Shown piece after piece: positions 9,275 to 18,979 of a stretch of DNA of 64,000 bases. The notes under the pieces are model-generated. The model saw only the letters and a program-made list of their open reading frames with translations. It was not told the DNA's origin and ran no database searches. Where the stretch lies: contig CAYNQX010000017.1 in NCBI GenBank assembly GCA_964399495.1, positions 11,591-75,590 of the forward strand. Direction: 5' to 3'. Position numbers and translations under genes: made by a program. This DNA comes from an uncultured bacterium (lineage in GTDB: Bacteria > Krumholzibacteriota > Krumholzibacteriia > JACNKJ01). How positions within the stretch are numbered: the first letter of the stretch is position 1; every line of letters starts with the position of its first letter.

Positions 9275-10639
9275 CTACTTCAGCAGCACAAGGCTCCGGC
9301 ACTCGCTGCCGGTGGCCGACTCCAACCGCGCCAGGAAGAAGCCGCTCGCGAGCCCCTCGGGGCGCCAGGTGATCTCCACCGGTCCCCCCGGGTGGACTCC
9401 CTCGAACAGACTCGCGACCTCACGCCCGCGGACGTCGTAGACGCGCAGTGTCGCCGGACCCGGTTCGGCGAGATCGAAGCGGAGCGTCGTGGTCGGGTTG
9501 AAGGGATTGGGCCAGGCGTGAAGCTCGGGACCGGTCGCCACGGGTGTCGCCTCGCTGTTCGTGGCGCCGCTCGGCATCACGACGTCGTAGGGCGGCAGGC
9601 CCATGTCGATCGGCCCGCCCAGCAGCGCGCCGTTCGCGGCGTCGAACACGAGCAGGCCGTCGGCGCCCGCGCTCATGTCGCCGAGGAACAGTTCGCCCGC
9701 GCCGTCGAGCTCCATGTCGTTGAAGACGAAGCCGGCGCCCGCCCTCACTGTCGATACGCCACCGCCCGTCGAGGGATCGAAGCGCTTCACGTGCGTGTCG
9801 AAGCTCGCGTCGGCGACGATCGCGTAGGCGAGCGTGTCGCCGATCCAGACGACGTCGCCGAGATCGCCGCCGAGCGCGCTCTCGCCGATGACCGCGCCGA
9901 GACTCGTGAGCGATACGGGGTCCACCAGTTCGACGTCGCCGTCCTGAAGACCGAAGCTGCCCACGCAGGAAACGTGAATCGCCTCGCCGGCCATGCCCAG
10001 TTCCCAGGTGGGATTGGTGCCGACCAGCGGGATCGCCTGCACGCCCGGCTGGCCGGGGTTGGCGTCGATCAGCGTGTCGCTGTTCATGTCGATGACGGCC
10101 AGGTAGCTGTCCCCCACCGGCGACCAGTAGAAGTTGCGGTCGAGGCGGCCCACGGCCACGAAGAGCCGGTCGCCCACGGCGAGGCACTGGCCGAGCTCGC
10201 AGGAGCCGTCGGCGTCGTTCCAGCCGCTCAGGTCGACGGCATCCAGCCACGCGCCGGTGGCCGGGTCGACCACGAGCACGTCGTCCTCGTTCTGTCGCGG
10301 CAGGTAGGCCTTCGTACCGTCGGCGGAGAAAGCGATGTTCTGGGGGTTGCTCCCGGAACCCACCGAGAACTCCAGCACCGTGGCGAAGTCCTGCTCGGGG
10401 TCGAGCACCTGCACGTTGTCCGCGCCGAGACGGTTGACGATGTAGACGAGCCCGTCGTGTTCGCGGCCCACGGCGTCGGAGTGGATGGTGGCCACGTCGG
10501 GCGTGGCGATCCACGCCGCGTTCGACTCGCAGACGCTGAACTTGCCGGTGACGTAGTCGGTGCACACCGCCCCCACGAAGGGCTGGGCGGAGGCCGCGAA
10601 GGCGATGGCGAGAAGAGTCAGAGCGAAGAGGATGCGCAT
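9275..10639 (-). CDS. Secreted protein with a T9SS-type (Por_Secre_tail / FlgD-Ig-like) C-terminal sorting domain
   Basis: Signal peptide MRILFALTLLAIAFAASA after a GGAAGG RBS. C-terminus: WPNPFNPTTTLRFDL...LVLLK. Confidence 0.6.
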   Translation of the reverse strand: MRILFALTLLAIAFAASAQPFVGAVCTDYVTGKFSVCESNAAWIATPDVATIHSDAVGREHDGLVYIVNRLGADNVQVLDPEQDFATVLEFSVGSGSNPQNIAFSADGTKAYLPRQNEDDVLVVDPATGAWLDAVDLSGWNDADGSCELGQCLAVGDRLFVAVGRLDRNFYWSPVGDSYLAVIDMNSDTLIDANPGQPGVQAIPLVGTNPTWELGMAGEAIHVSCVGSFGLQDGDVELVDPVSLTSLGAVIGESALGGDLGDVVWIGDTLAYAIVADASFDTHVKRFDPSTGGGVSTVRAGAGFVFNDMELDGAGELFLGDMSAGADGLLVFDAANGALLGGPIDMGLPPYDVVMPSGATNSEATPVATGPELHAWPNPFNPTTTLRFDLAEPGPATLRVYDVRGREVASLFEGVHPGGPVEITWRPEGLASGFFLARLESATGSECRSLVLLK

Positions 10640-10650
10640 GTCGAACCTTC

Positions 10651-12804
10651 CTAGTGGGTGCGATGGCGGCCCGCCCACTCGAGACCCAGGGTCCAGTGGC
10701 GGCCGGGGAGGGGATAGCCGAGGCGATCGCCGACGCGGGCGTCGCCGAGGTTGCGTCCCTCAACCGTGAGTCTTGTGTTCGTAAGCCGCGGCAACCGCCA
10801 GCTCAGGCCGGCGGCGTAGAGCGTCGCGGCGGGCTGGCGGTGGTCCGGGTCGTTGTAGCGGTCATAGTGGGTGGCCGAGCGGTGGTCGAGCTCGACGTCC
10901 AGGTCGAGTCCCTTCCATCCGTGTCCCATGCGCAGGAAGCGCCGGCGGGGCGTGCGGAAGGGGAGCCGCTTGCCGTCGTAGTTGGGGTCGCCCCCGCGGT
11001 CGCGGGCGTCGAGACGGGTCTCGGCGGCGGAGAGCCGCCAACGGCCCCAGGCGAGACGCAGGGAGAGCTCGTGGCCCGTGATGCGGCTCGCGTTCAGGTT
11101 TTCCGCCCGCACCGAGTACTGGCTGTTGTGCAGGAAGAGAATCTGGTCCTCGAGATCGCGGCGGAAACCGACCAGGTCGACCTCGAAGCGCAGGTCCCCC
11201 GCCGCGCCGCGCCAGGCGAGGCCCAGGTCGCGCTCCACGCCGGACTCGGGACGCAGCTCGAGGTTGGGCGACACGGAGACGTCCTGGCCGAAGAGCTCCA
11301 GCAAGGAGGGCGGGCGGTAGCTGTCGCCGACGTTCGCGCGGAGCAGCATCTCGCCCACGACGAAACCCCGTTCGCGATTCAGCAGCCGCAGCCGCAGGCC
11401 GGCGCGACGGAAGTGCGCGCGCGTGACGTGCTCGGGCTGCGGCACCGGCGGCAGCCAGGGCAGCGGCGGCGGGCCGTAGAAGTTGTCCGTGAGTTTTTCC
11501 TCGGCGTAGGAGCCGGTGGCGAGAAGGGCGTCGCCCGCCAGGAGCAGGCGCGTTTCGACCTCTCCGCGACGGCCCGAGCGCTGCCGTTCGAAGCCCTTGC
11601 CCTTGAGCGGATTCAGATTCTCGGGGAGAAAGCGGTCCTTGCGCCGCTCGGCCCGCAGCAGCAGGTGGAAGGGCGGCAGGTAGAAGTCGGCGCGACCCTG
11701 GAGGCCCAGCGTGACCAGGTGGTCGCGGGTCTCGTCGGACACGAGGAAGCTGCCGGTCTCCCCGTCGGGGTTGAGGAAGCGGGTCCAGCCGTCGCGCGCG
11801 TAGGCGTCGGCCCGCAGCACGAGGAAGCCGGGCAGCAGCGGACTCTCCCAGGCGAGGCGCATGTCGTGACCGCTGCGCAGCGAGCGGGTGGACTCGGTGG
11901 GCAGGCTCTCGGTGCCGGGCACGCCGTTCTCGCGGCGCAGGTAGCGATAGAAGAGCTCCCAGCGACCGCCGAGGCGTCCCCGCGCCGGCTCCCAGCGCAA
12001 GCGCGCGAGGAGGTCGCGGGCGTCCACGTCGGCGTTGCGGCGCAGCCGCAGCGTGTCGTCCGATGCGTTGCTCACGGTGGTGCCGTTGCGGTCGAGGTAG
12101 AGATAGTCCGACCGGGTGCGCAGCGTGCCGGCGGCGAGGAACCAGTCGAGGCCCCAGGGACCTTCGCCCCCCGAGGAGAGGCCGGCCCAGCGCGTGCCGA
12201 AGCTGCCGGCTCCCGCGCGGACGCGGAGCCGATCGTCGCCGCCGGTGACGACGTTCACCGCGCCGGAAGCGCCGCCGCCCAGTTCGCCGGGGACGCCGCC
12301 GCGGTAGACCTCGAGGCGCTCGACCCCCGCCAGGGGCAGTTCGTCCAGCAGGGCCATGCCGGTGAAGGGACTGCGCAGGTCGACGCCGTCCAGGAACACC
12401 GCGACCTCCTGCTGCCCCGAGCCGCGGATGCTCGCCGTGCTGAAACCGCCCATGCCGCCGAGGCTGCGCAGCTCGACGCCCGGCAGCTCGGCCATGAGCT
12501 CGGCCACGGTCGCGTTCCGGCGCGGGTGTTCCGCGGGCAGGATCACGTCGCCGACCAGCGCGCCCCGTTCCTCGCGGCGGAAGCGTCGCAGTCGATCGCC
12601 GCTCACCTCGACGGGCGGCAGCGTGAAGATGGAGTCGATGGGAGACCAGGCCTCCGGCGCCGGTCCGGGGTCGTCGCCTGGAGATGATTCCGGTTCAGCG
12701 CCGAGCGTCCCCATGGGCGACGCGAAGAGCAGCGCCGCCAGGAGATACCCGAACGCATGAGCCGGCCCACCGCGCGCGCGGTGTCCGCTCGAAAGTCGTT
12801 TCAT
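10651..12804 (-). CDS. TonB-dependent outer-membrane receptor; BtuB-like is inferred from the upstream cobalamin riboswitch
   Basis: 717 aa with a signal peptide. Plug-domain motifs: TonB box-like PVEVSGDR, and FSTASIRGSGQQEVAVFLDGVDL. The C-terminal region is barrel-like. Confidence 0.85.
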   Translation of the reverse strand: MKRLSSGHRARGGPAHAFGYLLAALLFASPMGTLGAEPESSPGDDPGPAPEAWSPIDSIFTLPPVEVSGDRLRRFRREERGALVGDVILPAEHPRRNATVAELMAELPGVELRSLGGMGGFSTASIRGSGQQEVAVFLDGVDLRSPFTGMALLDELPLAGVERLEVYRGGVPGELGGGASGAVNVVTGGDDRLRVRAGAGSFGTRWAGLSSGGEGPWGLDWFLAAGTLRTRSDYLYLDRNGTTVSNASDDTLRLRRNADVDARDLLARLRWEPARGRLGGRWELFYRYLRRENGVPGTESLPTESTRSLRSGHDMRLAWESPLLPGFLVLRADAYARDGWTRFLNPDGETGSFLVSDETRDHLVTLGLQGRADFYLPPFHLLLRAERRKDRFLPENLNPLKGKGFERQRSGRRGEVETRLLLAGDALLATGSYAEEKLTDNFYGPPPLPWLPPVPQPEHVTRAHFRRAGLRLRLLNRERGFVVGEMLLRANVGDSYRPPSLLELFGQDVSVSPNLELRPESGVERDLGLAWRGAAGDLRFEVDLVGFRRDLEDQILFLHNSQYSVRAENLNASRITGHELSLRLAWGRWRLSAAETRLDARDRGGDPNYDGKRLPFRTPRRRFLRMGHGWKGLDLDVELDHRSATHYDRYNDPDHRQPAATLYAAGLSWRLPRLTNTRLTVEGRNLGDARVGDRLGYPLPGRHWTLGLEWAGRHRTH

Positions 12805-12844
12805 GGATTTGTAGAAGATCGTGCCCGTGCACGCTCCCCACCCC

Positions 12845-13025
12845 TTTCAGCGAAAGAGTGACAGAGAGTGAGTCGGGGCAGGTCTCCTGACTTACGGGGG
12901 GGCTTTCGCCCGATGACCGCCGCCTTCCCGGAACGTGTCCAGTGGCTCCCTTGGCGGTCTCCCGATCACAGTGGCGCGACCGTGGCGGATTCTCACCGCG
13001 CTTCCCTATTCTACCCTCGGGACGA
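12845..13025 (-). promoter_or_regulatory. Cobalamin (AdoCbl) riboswitch in the 5' leader of the TonB-dependent receptor gene
   Basis: The minus-strand transcript carries AGGGAAgcgcGGTGAGAATCC, GCCACTG twice, and a B12-box AAGTCAGGAGACCTGCC (plus-strand 12877-12895) about 70 nt upstream of the ATG at 12804. Confidence 0.75.
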
Positions 13026-13105
13026 AACCCTCGGGTCACCTCCGACCGATGAGGCGCAAAGCATACAGCCATTGCGCCCGGCCCGCAAGGCGCATTCCTT
13101 GAGGC

Positions 13106-14050
13106 ATGGTCGCACTGCTCTCGAAACGCCAGGATCCCTGGTCCGTCACCGCGGCGCTCATCACGGTGCAGTTGCTCTTCGGCGTGCACTACATCGTCGC
13201 GAAGTGGATCGTGAGCGAGATGAGTCCCGCGGCCTGGGCCTTTCTCCGCTCCATCTCCGCCTTCGGCGTGCTCCTGCTGCTCGTGGCGCTGCGCTCGCGG
13301 CGGAAGCCCTTCGAGATGCCGGGGCCGCGGCGATTCGCGGCTCTGGGCCTCTGCGCCATCTTCGGCGTCATCCTGAATCAGGCGCTCTTCCTGGAGGGGC
13401 TTGCCCGCACCACGGCGAGCCACGCGGCCGTGATGAACAGCCAGATTCCCACCTTCGCCCTGCTGGCCGCGATTCTCTTGGGCCAGGAGAGGCTGAGCGC
13501 GCGCAAGGTTCTCAGCTTCCTGGTGGGGCTGGCGGGCGTACTCGTGCTGCTCGAGGCCGACCGCTTCGAGTTCGATTCCCAGTACCTCGTCGGCGATCTG
13601 CTCAACCTCGCCAACGCGGCCAGCTACGGCATCTTCATCGCTCTGGGCCGCAAGTTCATGAATCGGGAAGATTCGCTCACCGCCACCACGATTCTCTTCT
13701 TTTTCGCTTCGCTTGGGCTGGGGATCTATGGTATCAATGATCTTACGCTTTCCAGCCTTGATACATTGTCGGGTAAAGTCATCGGTGGAATGGTGTTCGC
13801 CGTTCTCGGGGCGACCGTTCTGACCTACTTCCTGAACATCTGGGCGGTGAGACGCACCCATGCGAGCCACGTCGCGCTGTACATTTTCCTGCAGCCGGTG
13901 GTGGCGGCCCTGCTCGGAGTGACAGTGCTGGGAGAGCGGATCGGTCCCCGTCTTCTCCTTGCCATGGCGCTCGTGTTCATCGCGCTGTTCTTGCGCGACG
14001 CCGAGCGATCGGGCAAGATGGATCCTGATACCGAGCCCGGGCAGGCTTGA
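13106..14050 (+). CDS. EamA/DMT-family permease
   Basis: 314 aa, roughly 10 TM segments, two EamA-like halves. Confidence 0.75.
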   Translation: MVALLSKRQDPWSVTAALITVQLLFGVHYIVAKWIVSEMSPAAWAFLRSISAFGVLLLLVALRSRRKPFEMPGPRRFAALGLCAIFGVILNQALFLEGLARTTASHAAVMNSQIPTFALLAAILLGQERLSARKVLSFLVGLAGVLVLLEADRFEFDSQYLVGDLLNLANAASYGIFIALGRKFMNREDSLTATTILFFFASLGLGIYGINDLTLSSLDTLSGKVIGGMVFAVLGATVLTYFLNIWAVRRTHASHVALYIFLQPVVAALLGVTVLGERIGPRLLLAMALVFIALFLRDAERSGKMDPDTEPGQA

Positions 14051-14107
14051 CTGTTTCAAGTAGTCGTTACAGACTTGAATCATACACTTACCCGCGAGGC
14101 TGGGCAC

Positions 14108-14446
14108 ATGGAACCACATGAGATGCTGAAGGATCCGAAGCTGGTCGAACTTCAGTCGGCTGTCTGCAAGATCATGAGCAATCCACGGCGCGTGCAGATT
14201 CTCCACCTGCTCGACAGCGGCGAGAAGAGCGTCGGTGAGCTCGTTGAGCTTACGGGCCTCCGCAAGGCGGCGGTGAGCCAGAATCTCGGTCTCATGCGCG
14301 ACCGGAACCTCGTCGCGGCGCGACGGGACGGCCAGAAGGTCTACTACTCGCTCAGGAGCCAGAAACTCCTCGCCGCGTGCAACAGCATGGAATCCCTGCT
14401 CAAGGAACTCGTCGAGCTGGGCCGGGAGTCGAATCCGTCGAACTGA
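14108..14446 (+). CDS. ArsR/SmtB-family transcriptional regulator
   Basis: Helix-turn-helix NPRRVQILHLLDSGEKSVGELVELTGLRKAAVSQNLGLM. The start is probably the internal Met (MEPHEM). Confidence 0.8.
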   Translation: MEPHEMLKDPKLVELQSAVCKIMSNPRRVQILHLLDSGEKSVGELVELTGLRKAAVSQNLGLMRDRNLVAARRDGQKVYYSLRSQKLLAACNSMESLLKELVELGRESNPSN

Positions 14447-14593
14447 GAGGCTTTTCGATATCGCGGACAAGAAAAGCCAGTTCTAGTCTTTTACATCATC
14501 AATGCTCATCGTACATTGTAGGGGCTCGGTCGATAGTACGGCTGAGCCCCTCATTCGTCGTGACTTCCGCATTCTCAAGCCCGGGGGTGCAGC

Positions 14594-15460
14594 GTGGGCT
14601 ACAAGATCCTCGAGAAACGCGAACTGGCGCCGAAGACCGTGCTCTTCGAGATCGAGGCGCCTCAGATCGCCAAGAAGGCGAAGGCCGGCCAGTTCATCAT
14701 CCTGCGAGTTCAGGACAGGGGTGAGCGGATTCCGCTGACCATCGCCCAGGCCGACCCCGAGCGGGGCAGCGTGACGATCGTGGTGCAGGAACTCGGCAAG
14801 ACCACCTTCGACCTGAACCGCCTGAAGCAGGGCGAGGAGATCCTGGATTTCGTCGGTCCCCTGGGCAAGCCCACCCACATCGAGGAAAACCGCACCGTGG
14901 TCTGCGTCGGCGGCGGCGTCGGCAACGCGGTCGTCTGGGCCATGGTGCAGGGCTTCAAGAAGGCGGGCAACCGGGTCGTCTCCATCATCGGCGCCCGCAG
15001 CAAGGAGCTGCTGATTCTCGAGCGGGAGATCGGCATGCTGAGCGACGAGCTCATCGTCACCACCGACGACGGCACCTACGGCCGCAAGGGCGTCGTCACG
15101 GAGCCCCTCGACGAGCTTCTCGCCAAGGAGAAGGTCGACGAGGTCGTGACCATCGGCCCGGTGATCATGATGAAGTTCGTCTGCAAGACCACCGAGAAGC
15201 ACGACGTGCCGACCCAGGCCAGCCTCAATCCGATCATGGTGGACGGCACGGGCATGTGCGGCGCCTGCCGCGTCACGGTGGGCGGCGAAACGAGATTCGC
15301 CTGCGTCGACGGCCCCGAGTTCGACGGCCACAAGGTCGACTTCGACGAGTTGATGAGCCGGCTCTCGTTCTACAAGGAGCTCGAGACGGCGGCCTACGAG
15401 CGAGCCAAGGACCACGAATGCAACCTGCTGAAGCAGGGTTCGGGGGTGAACGATGACTGA
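14594..15460 (+). CDS. NfnA/SudB-like ferredoxin-NADP reductase-type subunit (FAD/NAD binding, [2Fe-2S])
   Basis: 288 aa. Contains GQFIILRV, VGGGVGNA and the C-terminal cluster CGACRV...C. GTG start. Overlaps the next gene by 8 nt. Confidence 0.8.
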   Translation: MGYKILEKRELAPKTVLFEIEAPQIAKKAKAGQFIILRVQDRGERIPLTIAQADPERGSVTIVVQELGKTTFDLNRLKQGEEILDFVGPLGKPTHIEENRTVVCVGGGVGNAVVWAMVQGFKKAGNRVVSIIGARSKELLILEREIGMLSDELIVTTDDGTYGRKGVVTEPLDELLAKEKVDEVVTIGPVIMMKFVCKTTEKHDVPTQASLNPIMVDGTGMCGACRVTVGGETRFACVDGPEFDGHKVDFDELMSRLSFYKELETAAYERAKDHECNLLKQGSGVNDD

Positions 15461-16925
15461 TCCCAAGGGCAACGGAAACAAGGACAAGCCCAAGCGCGTG
15501 ATCAACCGGCAAAAGGAGAAGACTCCGATGCCGGAACAGGCCCCCGAGGAGCGCATCAAGAACTTCAGGGAAGTGCCCCTGGGCTACGACCCCGAGCAGG
15601 CGATCAGCGAGGCGGCGCGCTGCCTGCAGTGCAAGAAGGAGCCCTGCAGCCTGGGCTGCCCCGTGGACGTGGACATCCCCCGCGCCCTCGGCCTCATCGC
15701 CAGGGGCGAGTTCGAGGCGGCCTACCAGTCCATCAAGGAGACCAACTTCCTGCCCGCCATCTGCGGACGCGTCTGCCCGCAGGAGGACCAGTGCGAGATG
15801 CACTGCGTCCTGGGCAAGAAGGGCGAGCCCGGCGGCATCGGCCGCCTGGAGCGCTTCGTGGCCGACTGGCACATGAGCCAGCCCGACCTGGAGACCCTGC
15901 CCGTGACCGCGGAGTCGACGGGCAAGAAGATCGCCATCGTCGGCAGCGGGCCCGCCGGACTCACGGCGGCCAGCGATCTGATCCAGCTGGGCCACGAGGT
16001 GCACGTGTTCGAGGCGCTGCACAAGCCCGGCGGCGTGCTCTTCTACGGCATCCCCGAGTTCCGCCTGCCCAAGGCGATCCTCGTCAAGGAGATCGACGGC
16101 CTCGCCGAGATGGGCGTGCAGTTCCACATGAACTACGTGGTGGGCGCCACCGAGACCCTGAGCGAACTCAAGGCGCGCTTCGACGCGGTGTTCCTCGGCG
16201 TCGGCGCCGGCCTGCCCTGGTTCCTGGAGATCCCCGGCGAGAACCTGAACGGTGTCTACAGCGCCAACGAGTTCCTCACCCGCGTGAATCTCATGGGCGC
16301 CTACGACTTCCCCGACAACGACACGCCGGTGCGCGCCGGCGAGCATATCGTCGTCGTGGGAGCGGGCAACACCGCCATGGATTCGGCCCGCACGGCCAAG
16401 CGCCTCCAGCCCGAAAAGGTGACGGTGCTCTACCGCCGCAGCCGCAACGAGATGCCGGCCCGCGAGGAGGAGATCCACCACGCCGAGGAGGAGCAGATCG
16501 ACTTCAAGCTGCTCCACACCCCGCTCGAGGTTCTGGGCGACGAAGAAGGTAAAGTGCGCGGCGTGCGCGTGCAGAAGATGGAGCTCGGCGAGCCGGACGA
16601 CAGCGGCCGCCGGCGCCCCGTGCCGGTGGAGGGCAGCGAGTTCGAGTTGCCCTGCGACAGCGTGGTGATCGCGCTGGGGTGCAGCCCCAACCCGCTCATG
16701 AGCAAGGTCGAGCCCGACCTCGAGCTGACCCGTCGCGACACCGTGGTCGTGAACGAGGCCACCATGGAAACCAGCATCCCCGGCGTGTTCGCGGGAGGCG
16801 ACATCGTGACCGGCGGCGCCACGGTCATCCTGGCCATGGGAGCCGGCAGACTGGCGGCGAACGCGATGCATCGCTATGTTACCACTGGATCGGCCGCGGA
16901 ACCGGAGACGGAAGAAGTGAGCTGA
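15453..16925 (+). CDS. NfnB / GltD-like NAD(P)H-dependent oxidoreductase (glutamate synthase small-subunit family)
   Basis: 490 aa. N-terminal 2x[4Fe-4S] region (CLQCKKEPC...GCPVDVDIP, CGRVCPQEDQCE) and two Rossmann motifs (IVGSGPAGL, VVGAGNTAMD). Confidence 0.85.
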   Translation: MTDPKGNGNKDKPKRVINRQKEKTPMPEQAPEERIKNFREVPLGYDPEQAISEAARCLQCKKEPCSLGCPVDVDIPRALGLIARGEFEAAYQSIKETNFLPAICGRVCPQEDQCEMHCVLGKKGEPGGIGRLERFVADWHMSQPDLETLPVTAESTGKKIAIVGSGPAGLTAASDLIQLGHEVHVFEALHKPGGVLFYGIPEFRLPKAILVKEIDGLAEMGVQFHMNYVVGATETLSELKARFDAVFLGVGAGLPWFLEIPGENLNGVYSANEFLTRVNLMGAYDFPDNDTPVRAGEHIVVVGAGNTAMDSARTAKRLQPEKVTVLYRRSRNEMPAREEEIHHAEEEQIDFKLLHTPLEVLGDEEGKVRGVRVQKMELGEPDDSGRRRPVPVEGSEFELPCDSVVIALGCSPNPLMSKVEPDLELTRRDTVVVNEATMETSIPGVFAGGDIVTGGATVILAMGAGRLAANAMHRYVTTGSAAEPETEEVS

Positions 16926-16983
16926 TCCGCCACACTTCTCTTAGTGTTGAACTGGCCGGCGTCCCGGAAACGGGGCGCCGGTT

Positions 16984-18300
16984 TTACTTGCGCCTTAGCG
17001 CCGGCAGCAGGAACAGGTTGCTGAGCAGGCGCCCGCCCATCAGGGAGAAGCTGGCCGCGAGCGCGCCGGCGAGATGCAGGCCCTTGATGGTGAGCAGCAA
17101 TCCCGCCAGCGTCCCCCCCACTTCGAGGAACGTCGCCCAGGTGATGGGGTTGGTCTTGCGCTTGTGCATGAGGAATGCCCGCTGCAGGGAGAGCATCACC
17201 GACAGGCCCGGCATCAGCGCCAGGGCCTGGAGCGCGGGCCTCGCGAAGGTCGACAGTTCCGGCGTGAGCCCCGAGACCCCCTCGAACCAGAGCCGCGAGA
17301 GCGGCGTGAAGGCGATGAGGGTGAGCAGACCCGCGGCCCCGAACGAGAGCAGGACGGCGAAGCGGAACACCGGTCGGCGATTCTGCTCGCCCCGCCCCAG
17401 CATGGTGATGGCCACCTCCTGGTAGCTCAGCCCCGGCGTCCGGAAGATGAACACCAGCGCCCCGATCACCGGCAGCACCGCCAGCGACTCCAGGGAGGCC
17501 GGCGCCTGTCCCATGAAGAAGGTCACCATGGGGTGCACGGCCAGCGCGATGGTGGTCGTGAAGGCGAGCGGCGCGTAGAAGCGCAAGATCTCGCGGTAGC
17601 TCGGCGCGTCGTCGTCCGCCTCGGGCGGCAGCTCGCGCAGTTCCCTGAGCGCGTCCGCCACCATGAAGCGACTCGCGACGGCCTCCACGCAGACGCCGAC
17701 CGACAGCGCGATCGCGCCGAGCCAGGCCCCGGGCAGATCGGCGAGACGGTAGAGCGCGAAGGCCGTGCCCAGCATCGCCGCCAGGCGCGTGACGGTGCCG
17801 TAGGCCACGCGGCGCGTGCGTCCACTGCGGATCAGGATGCCCTGATAGAAACGACGGTAGCCGATGGCCGCCGGCCAGGGCAGCAGGATCAGCAGCGCGC
17901 GATGCGTGAGTCGCAGCACCTCGGGCTCGAGCCCGATCAGACGTCGGAACAGCTGGTCGAACACCGGCGGCAGCAGGATCAGCACCATCGCTCCGCTGAT
18001 GAACACGTTCAGCGCCATGGCGAAACGTCGCAAGCGCCGACAGGCTTCCTGGGAGTTCACCAGGGCCGTGGACGCGCTCATCATCATGATCACCGGCGCC
18101 TCGACGATGATCGCGAAGGCGAAGGCGACGCCGTGGGCGGCCAGGTTGTACTTGGGCTCGGCGAGACGCGCGATGAGGGCGGCGAGAGTGGGCCCCTCCA
18201 CGGCCATCATCAGCCAGGTCGCCGCGAGCGGCAGCCAGAAGCGGAAGATCGTGGTGAAGCGCACGGGCTGGTCGGTGTGCATTGGCCCAAGATAGCGCAC
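16984..18300 (-). CDS. Polytopic membrane protein of the MOP/MATE flippase/exporter superfamily (tentative)
   Basis: 438 aa with 12 or more predicted TM segments. No diagnostic motif is visible. Confidence 0.45.
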   Translation of the reverse strand: MRYLGPMHTDQPVRFTTIFRFWLPLAATWLMMAVEGPTLAALIARLAEPKYNLAAHGVAFAFAIIVEAPVIMMMSASTALVNSQEACRRLRRFAMALNVFISGAMVLILLPPVFDQLFRRLIGLEPEVLRLTHRALLILLPWPAAIGYRRFYQGILIRSGRTRRVAYGTVTRLAAMLGTAFALYRLADLPGAWLGAIALSVGVCVEAVASRFMVADALRELRELPPEADDDAPSYREILRFYAPLAFTTTIALAVHPMVTFFMGQAPASLESLAVLPVIGALVFIFRTPGLSYQEVAITMLGRGEQNRRPVFRFAVLLSFGAAGLLTLIAFTPLSRLWFEGVSGLTPELSTFARPALQALALMPGLSVMLSLQRAFLMHKRKTNPITWATFLEVGGTLAGLLLTIKGLHLAGALAASFSLMGGRLLSNLFLLPALRRK

Positions 18301-18322
18301 GTTGGCGATCCCGCCAGCGTCA

Positions 18323-18817
18323 TTACCCCAGGGCGTCGAGCAGCTGCTTAAGCGCGCGGCGCAGCGCTGGCGACATCGCGAGCGAGTAGTGCGCCCTGGG
18401 CGGCCGGCCGTCGTCGACGTGACGGTCGATCAGATCCGCCGCCTCCAGGTGGCGCAGGGCCAGTGCCAGCGCACGGGGCGCGGGGTTGATCAGAACACGC
18501 GCCAGGTCGCCGAAGCGCTGGGGGCCGTTCATCAGCGCGGCGAGCACGGGCAAGCTCCACTTCCTGGCGAGCAGCGGCTCCAGCCCTTCGTCCTCGCCGC
18601 GGCGTCTCAGCAGGGCGGCCGCGGCGGCGAGGCGCTCTCCCGAGGCGGCGACGAGATACTCGGGCCGGAGAGGATGCCCGTAGCCTCCCTTGCGCCGGAC
18701 GATTCCCGCCTCGACGAGATCCAGGAGGGCGTCGCGAAGCGGCTGCCGGCTCGCGGGCAGTGCCACCTGCAGCTCGGCGAAGCGGAGGCCGGGGCGGTCG
18801 TCGAAAGCCGCCAGCAC
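18323..18817 (-). CDS. HxlR-type winged-helix transcriptional regulator (two HxlR-like halves)
   Basis: Repeated motifs: RFAELQVALPASRQPLRDALLDLVEAGIV and KWSLPVLAAL...RFGDL...LALALRHLEAADLIDR. Confidence 0.6.
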   Translation of the reverse strand: MLAAFDDRPGLRFAELQVALPASRQPLRDALLDLVEAGIVRRKGGYGHPLRPEYLVAASGERLAAAAALLRRRGEDEGLEPLLARKWSLPVLAALMNGPQRFGDLARVLINPAPRALALALRHLEAADLIDRHVDDGRPPRAHYSLAMSPALRRALKQLLDALG

Positions 18818-18892
18818 GGCCAGGGCCCAGCGGCGGTGGCAGAGGGAGACGAGGCGTGTCAGGGGCGAGGCGGGGATGGCGGCGCTCCGGGG

Positions 18893-18921
18893 TTGACTTG
18901 TTTTTATAGTTAGTATATTAT
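18893..18921 (+). promoter_or_regulatory. Near-consensus sigma70 promoter in an AT-rich island (TTGACT-17-TATTAT) driving the VOC gene
   Basis: ggTTGACTtgtttttatagttagtaTATTATcg, located 60 nt upstream of the ATG at 18980. It is divergent from the HxlR-like gene. Confidence 0.5.
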
Positions 18922-18979
18922 CGCATGCATCGACCCGGCCCGCAAGGGCCGATCCCTCTCACCACACTCAGGAGAAGCA

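Noticed and set aside
14536-14570. A 9-bp perfect hairpin (GAGGGGCTC...GAGCCCCTC) between the arsR-family gene and nfnA might be a terminator
   Set aside because: No U-tract follows on either strand, so it is more likely an operator or RNA structure. The evidence is insufficient to call it a terminator.
16984-18351. The 425-aa ORF 17074-18351 (+) antisense to the MOP-family membrane protein
   Set aside because: Its translation is Arg/Glu/Gly-rich with no hydrophobic segments, whereas the minus-strand frame gives a coherent 12-TM protein.
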